DNA from: a virus
Strand: one strand, 5' to 3'
IMG/VR virus record: IMGVR_UViG_3300047557_002984
Span: 10,322 to 74,321 of that record
Length of the DNA: 64,000 nucleotides
Below, one piece after another: positions 1-9,687 of the stretch. The position numbers and the translations under genes are program-made. Below the pieces are notes generated by a model, which was given only the letters and a program-made list of their open reading frames with translations, was not told the DNA's origin and ran no database searches. Each line of letters opens with the position of its first letter. Position 1 is the first letter of the stretch.

Positions 1-256
1 CGTCCACGTTTTCAGCCTGCGCCAGTTTGACCGCTGTAGCAGCCGAAACCGAGGTCAGGTCTTGCCGTCCCACCGCCGTAGCTTGCGTGAAGAACGAGCG
101 GTAAACGTAATCGCCCTTCGTGGTGTTGGAAGTCATCAGAATTGCGCCGTTCGCGCCGTTCGTGATGGCTTCCGTGCTCTGGGTCAAAGTCTCTGTCAGA
201 GCGGTTGCTACCTGCTCGTTATAGACCTTGAAATCACTCGTCAATGAAGTTGCCAT
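1..256 (-). CDS. major capsid protein, N-terminal part (truncated by window edge)
   Basis: Not in ORF track. ATG at 256 opens MATSLTSDFKVYNEQVATALTETLTQSTEAITNGANGAILMTSNTTKGDYVYRSFF..., open to the edge; directly follows the scaffold gene and resembles coat-protein N-termini. Confidence 0.8.
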   Translation of the reverse strand, partial: MATSLTSDFKVYNEQVATALTETLTQSTEAITNGANGAILMTSNTTKGDYVYRSFFTQATAVGRQDLTSVSAATAVKLAQAENVD

Positions 257-312
257 GTGTCCTTCTCCCTATCCGTTATCACCAGACAGGAAGCGTGTTC
301 CTGCCCATCCCT

Positions 313-1131
313 CTACATTGGCAGCTTGTTGTACGCGTCGGCCCCGTGCCGCCGTATGTATTCTGCCTTTTCTTCGTGCGTCATCTTGCTGCGCTTGAAG
401 TTGCCACCACCGCCCGCTGTGCGCGTGCCGGTCGTGGAACCACTACCGCCGTGCTGTTCTGGCGCGTCGTATAAAAAATCAAATTTGCTGCGCAGAAACT
501 CATTTACAAACCGTTCCGGCTTCAGGTCGCTGGGCATCCCGTCTTCGTCCATCGGAACCAGCGTCTTGCCGTCCTCGTTCCATTGGAAGAACTCATCTGC
601 CTCTTTCAGCCACGTTCCCAGGCGCTCTTTCTTCACGCCATTGGAAAGCGCCAGCCCGGTCAGCGTCGTGCGCTTCACGAACGCCTGATGATCGGCTTGC
701 ACTCTGGCAAGCTCCGCTTCGCGCTCTTTCAACGCGGCGGCGTGTGCGTCCTTCAACTTCTTTAATTCGCGGTCGTGGCTCTGCCGCCATTTGGCTTGCA
801 GTTCCTCCACGTTCACGCTCTTGCCATCTGCGCTCTGGCCTTGCGTGCCGCTCGGCGTGGTTGTCGCCTCGCCTTCGCCTTCTGCTTGCTTGGATTGCCA
901 CTCCTGGAATGCGCTCCAAACGTCATCCTCAACGCCTTCAAATCTCTTGGCCGCGTTCTGCGCAGTTTGTAATTTGCCCAGAAGCTCTTGATTCTTCTTT
1001 TTCAAGCCCGCCGCTTTCGCTTCCGCGTAGCGTTCGGGATCAAGCACGAAACCTGCCTCGGTTTCAGCGTAAACACCTTTGAACTCATCCCCGACCTCAT
1101 CAAGGGACGCCACCTGTAACGGAATCGCCAT
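313..1131 (-). CDS. capsid scaffolding protein
   Basis: Charged coiled-coil; C-terminus GGSG...KRSKMTHEEKAEYIRRHGADAYNKLP typical of scaffolds; lies between portal and capsid. Confidence 0.8.
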   Translation of the reverse strand: MAIPLQVASLDEVGDEFKGVYAETEAGFVLDPERYAEAKAAGLKKKNQELLGKLQTAQNAAKRFEGVEDDVWSAFQEWQSKQAEGEGEATTTPSGTQGQSADGKSVNVEELQAKWRQSHDRELKKLKDAHAAALKEREAELARVQADHQAFVKRTTLTGLALSNGVKKERLGTWLKEADEFFQWNEDGKTLVPMDEDGMPSDLKPERFVNEFLRSKFDFLYDAPEQHGGSGSTTGTRTAGGGGNFKRSKMTHEEKAEYIRRHGADAYNKLPM

Positions 1132-1173
1132 TTCCTCTGCCTCGCTTCGGAATGCCCAGCCTTACTGGGGAAT

Positions 1174-1211
1174 AAAAAAAGCGCCGCGACTCCCGAAGGA
1201 ATCACGGCGCT
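1174..1211 (-). terminator. intrinsic terminator in head-gene leader
   Basis: AGCGCCGTGATTCC-TTCG-GGAGTCGCGGCGCT followed by a T run on the minus strand. Confidence 0.7.
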
Positions 1212-1269
1212 CAACTCGTGGGTTTGCCTACAATAGGCAGCCTACTTTTTCAACAAAAGAACCTGACGC

Positions 1270-1329
1270 GTGCGGCGTGCCGGATGTATCTATCCCGGCT
1301 TTGTAGCTCACCCCGAAAGGACGCCGCAC
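1270..1329 (-). ncRNA. putative structured leader RNA (three-way junction)
   Basis: 9-bp closing stem GTGCGGCGT/ACGCCGCAC enclosing two hairpins, downstream of TGgTATAAT (1361-1369). Confidence 0.35.
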
Positions 1330-1361
1330 TTGAAAATGAACATCAGAATCACTCGCGCGGA

Positions 1362-1622
1362 TTATACCATAACCGCACAATTTGCAAGCACAATTTCTAC
1401 GACCGGCACCGGGGCTGTAACTTTTCCCTCTTTTGCCGGATACCAGACCGTCAGGCGATGGCACAGCGGGCAATAGGGCCGCGTGCGGTCGCGGAACTCA
1501 ATTGCTACCGATTGCTCGCCAATCGTGCAGGCGATCAGCAATCGTACCCCGTCCGTCCGGCCTAGCTCTGCGCCGCAATTTCGACACACAAACAAAGAAA
1601 GGCTTTGGTATACTTCCATCAT
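1362..1622 (-). CDS. small zinc-ribbon protein (Mu Com-like late regulator?)
   Basis: CRNCG...CPLCH pairs in about 85 aa; stop codon overlaps the -10 box of the head-gene promoter. Confidence 0.55.
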   Translation of the reverse strand: MMEVYQSLSLFVCRNCGAELGRTDGVRLLIACTIGEQSVAIEFRDRTRPYCPLCHRLTVWYPAKEGKVTAPVPVVEIVLANCAVMV

Positions 1623-1750
1623 GCGAAAACAATTTCTCAACGCGTATAAGGGGCGCAAAATTCAGCCGGAAGCCTGGAAAGCGTTCGCCCTTGACCTCTC
1701 CTTTAATGGCTTCCCCGTCAAAGAAATGAGCCACGATGAACTGCTTGTCA

Positions 1751-3301
1751 TCATTGGCGGGCTTGCATTTCGCGGACTGGCGGAGTTTGCGCCGGAACCA
1801 CAGGCGGAGGGGCTAACCGCCGCTGTTCTTCCTCAATCCGGGTCAGTTCGTCTTCCTCGTCCAGCGTGTCCGCCAGCAAGCCGCCGCGCTTCTCGACGGA
1901 AAGCAAGGTGCGAATAGAGAGCATCTTGTCTACCGCCTGCTGACGCAGCGTGGCCAAGTCTGCCGGGCTGAGAATTAGTTCTTCGCCTGTAATCCCCATC
2001 TCAACTTCACCGCCCGCATCGTCACCCAAGCCGTACCAGAGCGCGGAAAACTGCAAGGCGAGTTCCAGGCAATCCTTCAGGGCTTGCGTGATCTGCGAAA
2101 GGCGCGACGCGCGCTTGCCTGCTCGCAATAACTGCTCCGTCGCGGTCGTAGCGACGGCTGAGCCTTCCAATAAAAGCGACTCAAACCCCATCCGGCGAAT
2201 CTGCTCCTTGTTCTTCGTAAGCTGCCGCTCCATCGCCTGTAGCCCTGTCCCCGCTGGCTCTGCATAGGCCACCATCCCGCCAGCCTCACAATCCAAAATC
2301 GTTGTCTTGCCCCAGGCTTGCTGCGCGGAATCTTCCTCGGCTGGCTTTAGGTTTACTGTGAACGGGATCGGGGATGAGCAGATGTGAAGGTTGCTCTCGT
2401 GGTCGGATTGCTGCACGTAGTCCTTCACGCACAGACGCCCCAAATCGTAGAGGGTCGGCCCGCCGTTCTGGCGCTCGTCGTCAGGATCGGGATTGGCAAT
2501 AAAAGGCGCAACCGGAATGCGGGAGAACTTGCGCGGGTCAAGCTGGCCATTGTCTACCAGCACAGTCTTGGTGGTCTTCTTGCCGGTGAAATCCGCGTCC
2601 CCGTCTTGTTCTTCCCATAGCTCCCACTCTACCGGCCCGGTTACAACGTATTGCCGGTTAGAGATCGCCTCCACGGGCAAGCGCCAGACGCGATAGCGGA
2701 CAACTTCCACCTCGCCAAACGCCCCCTCCGGTACGCTATCCACTTCGCGGAAGACGATCTGCTGAAGCGTCGCCTTGCCATTGATGAACACGTAGCGCGG
2801 GCGCGTGTGAACCTGCGGCCCGGCGTACAGCGTCCAATAGGGGCGCAGGTTTAGCTGTTTGGATTGGGCAGCGTCCAGCGTGCCACGTTGCGCAACCGGC
2901 ACGCTCGGCATATCCACCAACACATAGGCCGCGCCGTAATGGATGCCTTTGCGCAGCAACCGATGATTGAACACGTCCATGTGTGTTCCGGCAAGGTCTA
3001 TGTCCTCCGCGTCGGTCACGATCTGCGCCGGAACGGTTTGCGATAGCTTCACCGGCTTACGCAGCACCGCGCCTACAATCGCGTCCAGCGTTGCGGCGTA
3101 ATCACCATCAAATGTGCTTTGCTCCAGCCGGTCAATATAGGCGGCGTCCGACTCTGCCGGGAATTGCGGCAGCATATCGGTCTTTGCTTCCTGCATTGCA
3201 AATGATCCGCCCAAAAGCGTATCCACGAATTGCCACATCGTGCGCAACCGCCCGCCGTAATCCGCGCTCTGGTAATCTGGTGTGTCTGCCATCCCGTCCA
3301 T
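1751..3301 (-). CDS. portal protein (DUF4055-like)
   Basis: 516 aa right after terminase; LPQFPAESDAAYIDRL, DIDLAGT, YGAAYVLVDMP, RPYW motifs. Confidence 0.85.
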   Translation of the reverse strand: MDGMADTPDYQSADYGGRLRTMWQFVDTLLGGSFAMQEAKTDMLPQFPAESDAAYIDRLEQSTFDGDYAATLDAIVGAVLRKPVKLSQTVPAQIVTDAEDIDLAGTHMDVFNHRLLRKGIHYGAAYVLVDMPSVPVAQRGTLDAAQSKQLNLRPYWTLYAGPQVHTRPRYVFINGKATLQQIVFREVDSVPEGAFGEVEVVRYRVWRLPVEAISNRQYVVTGPVEWELWEEQDGDADFTGKKTTKTVLVDNGQLDPRKFSRIPVAPFIANPDPDDERQNGGPTLYDLGRLCVKDYVQQSDHESNLHICSSPIPFTVNLKPAEEDSAQQAWGKTTILDCEAGGMVAYAEPAGTGLQAMERQLTKNKEQIRRMGFESLLLEGSAVATTATEQLLRAGKRASRLSQITQALKDCLELALQFSALWYGLGDDAGGEVEMGITGEELILSPADLATLRQQAVDKMLSIRTLLSVEKRGGLLADTLDEEDELTRIEEEQRRLAPPPVVPAQTPPVREMQARQ

Positions 3302-3314
3302 CTCCCGTCCCGTC

Positions 3315-4808
3315 CTAAATCCGAAACTCGCGCGCCCGGTATTGCGGAAAATGCTTTTGCATCACGCCATACCGCAAGCAGTCATACGCGTCATCGCCGC
3401 CTTCGCCATTCATATCCGCGTCCACTTTGAGCACGTCTTCAGGATCGCGCGGGTCACAAACCATACGCGTGAGCGTTGAGATCGTGCGCGGGCATCGCTC
3501 CCGTACCAGCTTGAGCCGTGGCGCAATGCCCAACTCTTGATTGCCCAATCGTTCCGCGATTTCCTTTGCCCCTGTGATGCGGTCAATGTTCGCCTTTTCC
3601 AGCGTGATCCCTATGCCCGCACCCGTCTCAGGATCAACCGCGTCTTTGTACTGCTGCGCAATCGTGCGGGCCGTCGCATCCCCCCGCTGCTGGAAACAAT
3701 CGTGCCCGGCAACGATTTGGCGGATGCGATGAAAGGGAATCTTGCATCGCTCTGCCAAGCGCCGGATCGCCCGGCAATGCTGCGGCACTAGCCATTTGTG
3801 CTGTACGTGCTCTGCCAGCATATAAATCACGCCGTCATTGTCGCGCGTAAACAACCCAAATGCGGTGGGGTGCGCAAAGCCGTAGTCCAGCGCCCCCCAG
3901 ATAGGCCAATCTCCCGGCACGTCAAACGGTTCGCACGTATGCAAGCTCTCGTCCCACGATTCAAAATATAAGCCTTCCGCGCCAACCCATTTCCCGTCAC
4001 GCAGCCGCGCCCGCCGAATGCCTGTCAAACTGTTGAGCGTTGCCATCGTGCGTTCGCCTTGTGGCGTCCACACTTGCGCAACCTCATCCCACAGCGAGGG
4101 GTTGTCTTTGTGCGTCGTCTCAAAGAGCCGCAATTCCGGGCGCTTAATGATCCAGTGATCCTCCGCGCCGGGGTTGCAATCGCCAAAAATCAAGGGCGTT
4201 TTCGTTACCGCACCGCGCCCCGTACACCGCGTCAGCAGCGTCTCCCAATCCGACAGGCTCAGTTCTTCGGCCTGGTTCAGGTAAATAAAATCGCGTTCAC
4301 CGGACAGAATCTTTTGCGGGTTATCCATCCCGCCAATCCACAACCGCGATCCGTTCGGGTACTGATACCACTCCGGCTTCTGTCCGCCGTATGGCTGCGC
4401 CGGTGCGTCTCCCATCGCTTCGCGTAAATCCTGAATGCGACGGTATGTGACCAGCACCGTCCCCCAGATCGCCACCTGAAGCTTGCGCGCCAGAATCGCT
4501 TGCGCGCCCGGCGTCTCGCGCAACAGGGAATCCAGACGCCAAACCGTAGCCCAGGTTTTCCCTGTCTCCGCCGGGCCGGACAGCATAAACTCTGCCGTCT
4601 TTGCTGCGCCCGGTTCGCCCACATACGACTGGATCGCAAGGTTTGCACCGCGAAAGATAGGTGCGGAGGGTTGCGCGTCCCGCAACGTCAAAGAACGATT
4701 CGCGTCAGTGTGCAGTCCCTGCGCGATCAGCGATAAGGCCGAATTGATTGAGAGCCGCTTGGAACGCGCGGAGGTCTTCTGTGTCCCTAATTGTAGAGTT
4801 TGCTGCAT
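3315..4808 (-). CDS. terL: terminase large subunit (start uncertain, 4690-4904)
   Basis: Walker A SGPAETGKT; NQAEE, GDCNP; nuclease motifs GALDYGFAHP and GDDAYDCLRY. Confidence 0.92.
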   Translation of the reverse strand: MQQTLQLGTQKTSARSKRLSINSALSLIAQGLHTDANRSLTLRDAQPSAPIFRGANLAIQSYVGEPGAAKTAEFMLSGPAETGKTWATVWRLDSLLRETPGAQAILARKLQVAIWGTVLVTYRRIQDLREAMGDAPAQPYGGQKPEWYQYPNGSRLWIGGMDNPQKILSGERDFIYLNQAEELSLSDWETLLTRCTGRGAVTKTPLIFGDCNPGAEDHWIIKRPELRLFETTHKDNPSLWDEVAQVWTPQGERTMATLNSLTGIRRARLRDGKWVGAEGLYFESWDESLHTCEPFDVPGDWPIWGALDYGFAHPTAFGLFTRDNDGVIYMLAEHVQHKWLVPQHCRAIRRLAERCKIPFHRIRQIVAGHDCFQQRGDATARTIAQQYKDAVDPETGAGIGITLEKANIDRITGAKEIAERLGNQELGIAPRLKLVRERCPRTISTLTRMVCDPRDPEDVLKVDADMNGEGGDDAYDCLRYGVMQKHFPQYRAREFRI

Positions 4809-5376
4809 CAACGATCTTGCCCACCATCGCCAACAATTGCTCAGCCGTGTACACCATTTCAGACTGCACCAGCCGCCGATGCTCACGCTCCTTTGTTCTA
4901 CCAACCTGCTCGGTGACGCGGTAAACCTCCTGCCAACGGAGCGAATCTGCCATACCGCGATTGATCAACGATTCCAGCCGGTTTAAGGCTTCCGTCATTT
5001 GCGCCGCCGCCTCGGCCCGCTCATCGCTCCCCGCTGGTGCTTGCTGTGCGCGTTGTGCCGCCTTGCGGTAATCCTTGAATGCGTCTTGCGCCTGATCCCA
5101 GAGCGGCAACGATTCGCCGGTTTCCAGCAATTCGTGAAGGCGTGCTTGCAGCAACGCAGCGTCGGCGCGAAACTCCATCAACTGCGGGTCTTCCAGACTT
5201 TCGCGGTATTTTTCAGCGAGTCGAGCGGGAATATACTTACTGCGGCGTCCGTGTTGGTACGCGTGATGCGCCGGGCCAATCGGGCGCGTGCCGCCGTGCG
5301 TCCGGCAATATTCGCGCCCATTCATCGCGCTCTTGCCGCAAGGTTCGCCTCGGTTGTTTCTCCCTTTACACTTCAT
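4705..5376 (-). CDS. terS: putative terminase small subunit (N-terminal Cys/HGG zinc motif)
   Basis: MKCKG...PC...CRTHGG...HGRRSKY then helical domain; immediately upstream of terL. Confidence 0.65.
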   Translation of the reverse strand: MKCKGRNNRGEPCGKSAMNGREYCRTHGGTRPIGPAHHAYQHGRRSKYIPARLAEKYRESLEDPQLMEFRADAALLQARLHELLETGESLPLWDQAQDAFKDYRKAAQRAQQAPAGSDERAEAAAQMTEALNRLESLINRGMADSLRWQEVYRVTEQVGRTKEREHRRLVQSEMVYTAEQLLAMVGKIVDAANSTIRDTEDLRAFQAALNQFGLIADRAGTAH

Positions 5377-5450
5377 GGTGAATGACTTATCAAGAAAAGC
5401 GTCGCACCGATACGCCAGATGTTCCCTTTTCAAGCGTTAGTTTTACAGGC

Positions 5451-6716
5451 TTAGCCGTTTAATCGCTCTAGCAACTTGGCGGTCTTACCAGTCTCAGCCT
5501 CCCAGCGAGAGATGATCACATTCACGTATTTCGGCTCTACCTCGACAACGCGGGCTTTGCGGTTCGTGCGCTCGCAGGCAATAAGGGTCGTGCCGGAGCC
5601 GCCGAAGGGTTCAAATACTGTGTCGCCTAGTTCTGAGCTGTAACGAACTGCCCGTTCAACAAGTTCAACGGGCTTCATGGTTGGGTGCTCTTCTGAAACT
5701 CTTGGGCGAGGAATCTCCCACACATCATCTTTGTCTCTACCTGCGGAGTCTGAAAACGAGCTTTTACTTTTTGCGTGCCATCCGTACCAGATAGGCTCAT
5801 AGCGCCGGTGGTACTTACTGCGTCCAAGAACAAACTGATCTTTCACCCAGATCACGGTAGCCGACCAATGGAAGCCTTCAGCGCGAAGACAACTGTCAAG
5901 CGTTGGCCATTCAGATGCACCTAAGACGCAGTAAAGATCGCCCGTAAGATATTGAGCGAGTGGCCGCATAAAACCTTGAAGAAACGCTCGAAAGTCTTCA
6001 GGGGAAAGATCGTCATTTTCCAAGCCCTGTCTTTGCCTGTGCCTTGGATTTGAGTCTTTACCGATTGCTACGTTCCACGGTGGATCAGTAAAACACATCG
6101 TAGCTTTTCCATTTGCCATCACCCGCGCCACGTCTTCAGCCTTCGTGCTATCGCCACACAGCACTCGATGTTCGCCGCATTCCCACAAGTCCCCGTACTG
6201 CACTCGCGCTTGCAATTCTTCGGGTGTTACATCAAAATCGTCTCCACCATTTCCAGGTTTAATATCTTCTACCCGCGCCAAGCTCGCCAGTAATGCCTCA
6301 ATCTCATCTCGCTTATACAGCGAACTTACGTCAATCCCACTCTGCGTGTGTTCAAGCAGTATTTCCACGTCCGGCGAATAACCGACTTCCGACGCGCGAT
6401 TGTCCGCAATAGCCAATTGCCGGGCCTTGTCGCGCTCGGCTCCCTGGCCAAGCAACCGTAAGTCCGTGCGTTGGACGACAACCAATTCGCTGCCATCGGT
6501 TTCAATCACGCGCACGGGTAACTGGTGGTTGATTGCAACCTCCAGCGTCTTGTTGCCAGCAATCACGACCCCCTCGCTATCCGCCAGAATGCTTCGCCCC
6601 GCGCCTAGCTCGGTCAGCGACCAATCAATGACTTGCCGCCCGCGCTCCGTGCCCTTGTTCACATTAGCCGGATCAGCTTTCAGGTCGCCGACGCTTTGGA
6701 TTTTCTTCTTCGCCAC
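5451..6716 (-). CDS. ParB-like domain fused to N4/N6 DNA methyltransferase
   Basis: N-terminal GAGRSIL/IAGNKT/LAIADNR; MTase HRVLCGDST, TDPPWN, HPTMKP, FGGSGT. Confidence 0.88.
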   Translation of the reverse strand: MAKKKIQSVGDLKADPANVNKGTERGRQVIDWSLTELGAGRSILADSEGVVIAGNKTLEVAINHQLPVRVIETDGSELVVVQRTDLRLLGQGAERDKARQLAIADNRASEVGYSPDVEILLEHTQSGIDVSSLYKRDEIEALLASLARVEDIKPGNGGDDFDVTPEELQARVQYGDLWECGEHRVLCGDSTKAEDVARVMANGKATMCFTDPPWNVAIGKDSNPRHRQRQGLENDDLSPEDFRAFLQGFMRPLAQYLTGDLYCVLGASEWPTLDSCLRAEGFHWSATVIWVKDQFVLGRSKYHRRYEPIWYGWHAKSKSSFSDSAGRDKDDVWEIPRPRVSEEHPTMKPVELVERAVRYSSELGDTVFEPFGGSGTTLIACERTNRKARVVEVEPKYVNVIISRWEAETGKTAKLLERLNG

Positions 6717-6768
6717 TACTCACCCTCTCCCATCCACCGCTTGCCCGTGAAGCGCTTCCGCCCGATAA

Positions 6769-6972
6769 CTAAGCAGTTCGCATCTTGACGAACTGATAAT
6801 CATGCCCACCGATAGAAACTGAGCCAGCCGGGTCTGGCTGCCAATCCGAATCCGCGCGGGATGCGCGATCAGCAATGCTGAACAACTCTTGCATCACAAG
6901 GAACAATTGCCTCGCTTCGGCTGGTGTCAGCGTGATCTCTTGATCCTTTAACGTGATCTCAACTTCGTTCAT
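6769..6972 (-). CDS. hypothetical protein
   Basis: RBS-preceded ORF in a coupled minus-strand run. Confidence 0.6.
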   Translation of the reverse strand: MNEVEITLKDQEITLTPAEARQLFLVMQELFSIADRASRADSDWQPDPAGSVSIGGHDYQFVKMRTA

Positions 6973-6980
6973 ACCAACTC

Positions 6981-7199
6981 CTACCTATTGACCACCTCGC
7001 GCCCCGGCACGTTCAGCGCCAGGCTTACCACCCGGTATTCCGGCGTGCGAAACTGTTCGTGCGCGGGCCGGTGCAGCGATTGCAGCCTGACGACCTCGTT
7101 ACGCGCCAAATCCGCATCGTTCCACGCGCTCAGCACGGCAAGCGGCTGGTGCGGGTTGCCCCAATCTTCCACGGTTAGCCAGATGATGCGGTTTGCCAT
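6981..7199 (-). CDS. hypothetical protein
   Basis: Stop/start coupled to upstream neighbour. Confidence 0.6.
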   Translation of the reverse strand: MANRIIWLTVEDWGNPHQPLAVLSAWNDADLARNEVVRLQSLHRPAHEQFRTPEYRVVSLALNVPGREVVNR

Positions 7200-7393
7200 T
7201 ACTCATCCTTAAACCGCGCTTGCAGTTCGATTGCATCCCCAACGCGCACGCCCAACGGCAGCCGCGCAACGGGCAGGCGGCAATCGGCGATCACTTCGCC
7301 CTCGCTGGTCAGGTGCGCTTCCAGCCATTCGGAACCGTCGGCAGGCGATGCCACCGTGATGATTTCGCGGACTGTGAGCGTAATGCCGGTCAT
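7199..7393 (-). CDS. hypothetical protein
   Basis: ATGA/TAATG overlaps with neighbours. Confidence 0.6.
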   Translation of the reverse strand: MTGITLTVREIITVASPADGSEWLEAHLTSEGEVIADCRLPVARLPLGVRVGDAIELQARFKDE

Positions 7394-7779
7394 TGTTTCT
7401 TTGCGTCCGGCGCAGGCTTCACCACCGGCGGGAAGTACAGCCGTCCGTCCTGTGTGGGCACCAGTTTCAATTCGTGCGTGACTTCCGTCGCACCGCCGCG
7501 CAGAAAGGCGAGCAGCATCAGCGAATCACGCTGCCCCTGCAAGGCGCGCAATTCAGCGCTCAGCGCATCCAGCCGCAGGTTGATCATTTGCCAGTCGTTC
7601 GCTTGTTCCTTGGTCAAGTAAACGGGCTGCGGTTGTGGCGTAGCCGTGACCGGCGCGCCCTTATCCTGTGCGATCACAGAGAACGCTTGCGTGAGTACCA
7701 GTGCTAGCAGCAAGGCCGCGCCTGCCAGATATGCGAATGTCCGCCAATGGGCGGAAACGTCTTTCCCGGATTCCATCAC
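7390..7779 (-). CDS. exported or membrane-anchored coiled-coil protein
   Basis: Hydrophobic stretch FAYLAGAALLLALVLTQAFSVIA then coiled coil. Confidence 0.65.
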   Translation of the reverse strand: MMESGKDVSAHWRTFAYLAGAALLLALVLTQAFSVIAQDKGAPVTATPQPQPVYLTKEQANDWQMINLRLDALSAELRALQGQRDSLMLLAFLRGGATEVTHELKLVPTQDGRLYFPPVVKPAPDAKKQ

Positions 7780-7958
7780 TTCATTGCCTCAAGGAATGCC
7801 TGCTGCGTTTCCAGCCCGGAAACGATCAGCAGCAATTCAGCCGTTAGTTGTAACGCCTCATCGCGCGCTTGCTCGCGGTTCGGTGCCTCTGCGCACGCCC
7901 GCAGGCCCGCCATAATCGCGGCGCGCCGTTCTGCCTGTTGAACAAATTCGCTAATCAT
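7776..7958 (-). CDS. hypothetical protein
   Basis: MISEFVQQAERR..., ATGA overlap with next gene. Confidence 0.5.
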   Translation of the reverse strand: MISEFVQQAERRAAIMAGLRACAEAPNREQARDEALQLTAELLLIVSGLETQQAFLEAMK

Positions 7959-8055
7959 ATTTTTCTGTGCGCGGGCAAGTCCCCCGTGTTGCTTGCCCGC
8001 GCGATCCACAAGGGCCGCGATGACCTGGGTGCTAATCCCTCGTGGAAGCTTGCGA

Positions 8056-8283
8056 TTACTTCACCCGCGCTTGCGCGAGCTCAGCCACGCGAATGTATTT
8101 CGTCCGTTCCTCTGCCATCAGGTTTGCCAGCGCGTAAGCTCCTGCCACGTCTCGACGGACGCTCTCATCACCGCGTAAGGCTTTCTCCCACGCGTCGCGC
8201 CCTAACAAGAACATCACGAAAATATCAACGATGTCCGTTGATGGGCCGCCAAGGTTAAAATCATCAGTCGGGTTCTTGTCCAT
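8056..8283 (-). CDS. hypothetical protein
   Basis: MDKNPTDD...AYALANLMAEER, a common small phage helical motif. Confidence 0.5.
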   Translation of the reverse strand: MDKNPTDDFNLGGPSTDIVDIFVMFLLGRDAWEKALRGDESVRRDVAGAYALANLMAEERTKYIRVAELAQARVK

Positions 8284-8377
8284 AAAATCCTTAAACCGGA
8301 AAGCGCCGTGCGTCAGCCCCCGTGCCAATTACAGCGACGCCTTCCGGTATTTTGCCGCAGCCCCATGCGGCAAAGCT

Positions 8378-8758
8378 CTATGCTTGGGGATCGTCCGTGT
8401 CACCGCGTCGGCGTGGTTTCGCGCGCAGGATTGCCCCCCAGATGCCTTGGGCAAATTGCACCACGAATGCGCCCGCGATCACGATCAGCAAGTTATTCAA
8501 AAAGCTAATTTGCGTCTCTAGGCGGATCATTCGATTTTCCAGCAGTGCCACCGCGCGCTGATCAGCCTCCCGCTGCTGCTGCAATGCTTCGCGCGGGTCT
8601 TTCGCCTCCTGCTCCACCATTGTGATGCGTCCGGCTGCTTCTGACGCGCGCACAGATTGCCTATATTGCGCAATCACGGTGCCACCGAAGCCCAGCAGCC
8701 ACAGCAGGCCGAAAGACAGCACAAGCGCCTGTGTTTGTCTTACTTTCCTTGCTCTCAC
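8378..8758 (-). CDS. two-TM membrane protein with coiled coil (holin/antiholin-like)
   Basis: N- and C-terminal hydrophobic helices flanking a coiled coil. Confidence 0.55.
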   Translation of the reverse strand: MRARKVRQTQALVLSFGLLWLLGFGGTVIAQYRQSVRASEAAGRITMVEQEAKDPREALQQQREADQRAVALLENRMIRLETQISFLNNLLIVIAGAFVVQFAQGIWGAILRAKPRRRGDTDDPQA

Positions 8759-8953
8759 CTATCCCCATCCGTTCGTTTGTGGCACCTGTCAAAACCTTGC
8801 CCCTTGCCCGCTCCCCAGCGTTCACCCCGGAGTTTTTGGTAAAACGTCCGAATCCAACACCGAGCCATTAAGAGAGCGGGCAAGAGATTGCAGGCCGCCC
8901 GGCGCGTGCAATAGACAACCTGCCCCGCGCCCGCCAGCGACCATTCCGAGAAC

Positions 8954-9676
8954 TTAGCGCAGTTGTTTTAGCCGAAGCTCAACCACGTTCTGTAATTGCG
9001 TGCTGATGTATTCCTGCACCGCGTTGTATTTCTTGTCGCGCATTTCCCGCAGCAAAAGCGCATCTGCGCCTTTCTGTGCAGCAATGTCCGCCGTGAAGTC
9101 GCTGGCGATGTTTCCCATCGCCGTGATCAGGTTGGCCGTATCCTGTGCGCTACGATACGCCGCCGCACGGCTCGCCTTTTCGCCCGCTTCGTTCAGTTTT
9201 GCTTTGAGTTGCTTGGGTGTAGTGCTTTCCTCTGCCGTTGCAATTGCCAACCGGAAAGCTGAAGCGGTAGAGCGGATAATCAGCAACCAGCCACGGACGC
9301 GCGTTTCTTCCGGGTGCAGCTTCGCAATTGTGGCGTCAATTTGGCCGAGGTAACGGTCAGCTTCCGCGAGCAATTGCGCTTTGCTTTGTGGGTTGATTTC
9401 AACGGTGGCATCAATCTGGCGGGAGAAGTCCTGGCCGATGTCGGATGTGGATTTCAGCGCCTTTAAAACTTCTTCTTTGGTCGGGTTGCTCAGCGTGTTA
9501 GGCGCGTAGGTATTCACCGCCACCACGACGCGCGACGCAGCCAGAATGCCGATCTGGAAATTGTAGCCAGCCGCCGTCAGCGGGCGTTCTGCCTTCTTCC
9601 AATCACAGGCCACAAGGTTCAATGCGAGCGCGGTAATCAATACCAGCGCAAATCCTTTTCTCAGGGTACAGATCAC
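8954..9676 (-). CDS. lipoprotein
   Basis: Signal RKGFALVLITALALNLVAC with lipobox; all-helical body. Confidence 0.7.
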   Translation of the reverse strand: MICTLRKGFALVLITALALNLVACDWKKAERPLTAAGYNFQIGILAASRVVVAVNTYAPNTLSNPTKEEVLKALKSTSDIGQDFSRQIDATVEINPQSKAQLLAEADRYLGQIDATIAKLHPEETRVRGWLLIIRSTASAFRLAIATAEESTTPKQLKAKLNEAGEKASRAAAYRSAQDTANLITAMGNIASDFTADIAAQKGADALLLREMRDKKYNAVQEYISTQLQNVVELRLKQLR

Positions 9677-9687
9677 GGATCACCTCC

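Noticed and set aside
1215-1330. c-di-GMP riboswitch or hammerhead ribozyme
   Set aside because: GGCAAACC, GAAAGGACGC and CTGATG fragments are on inconsistent strands or in the wrong order, and the conserved cores are incomplete.
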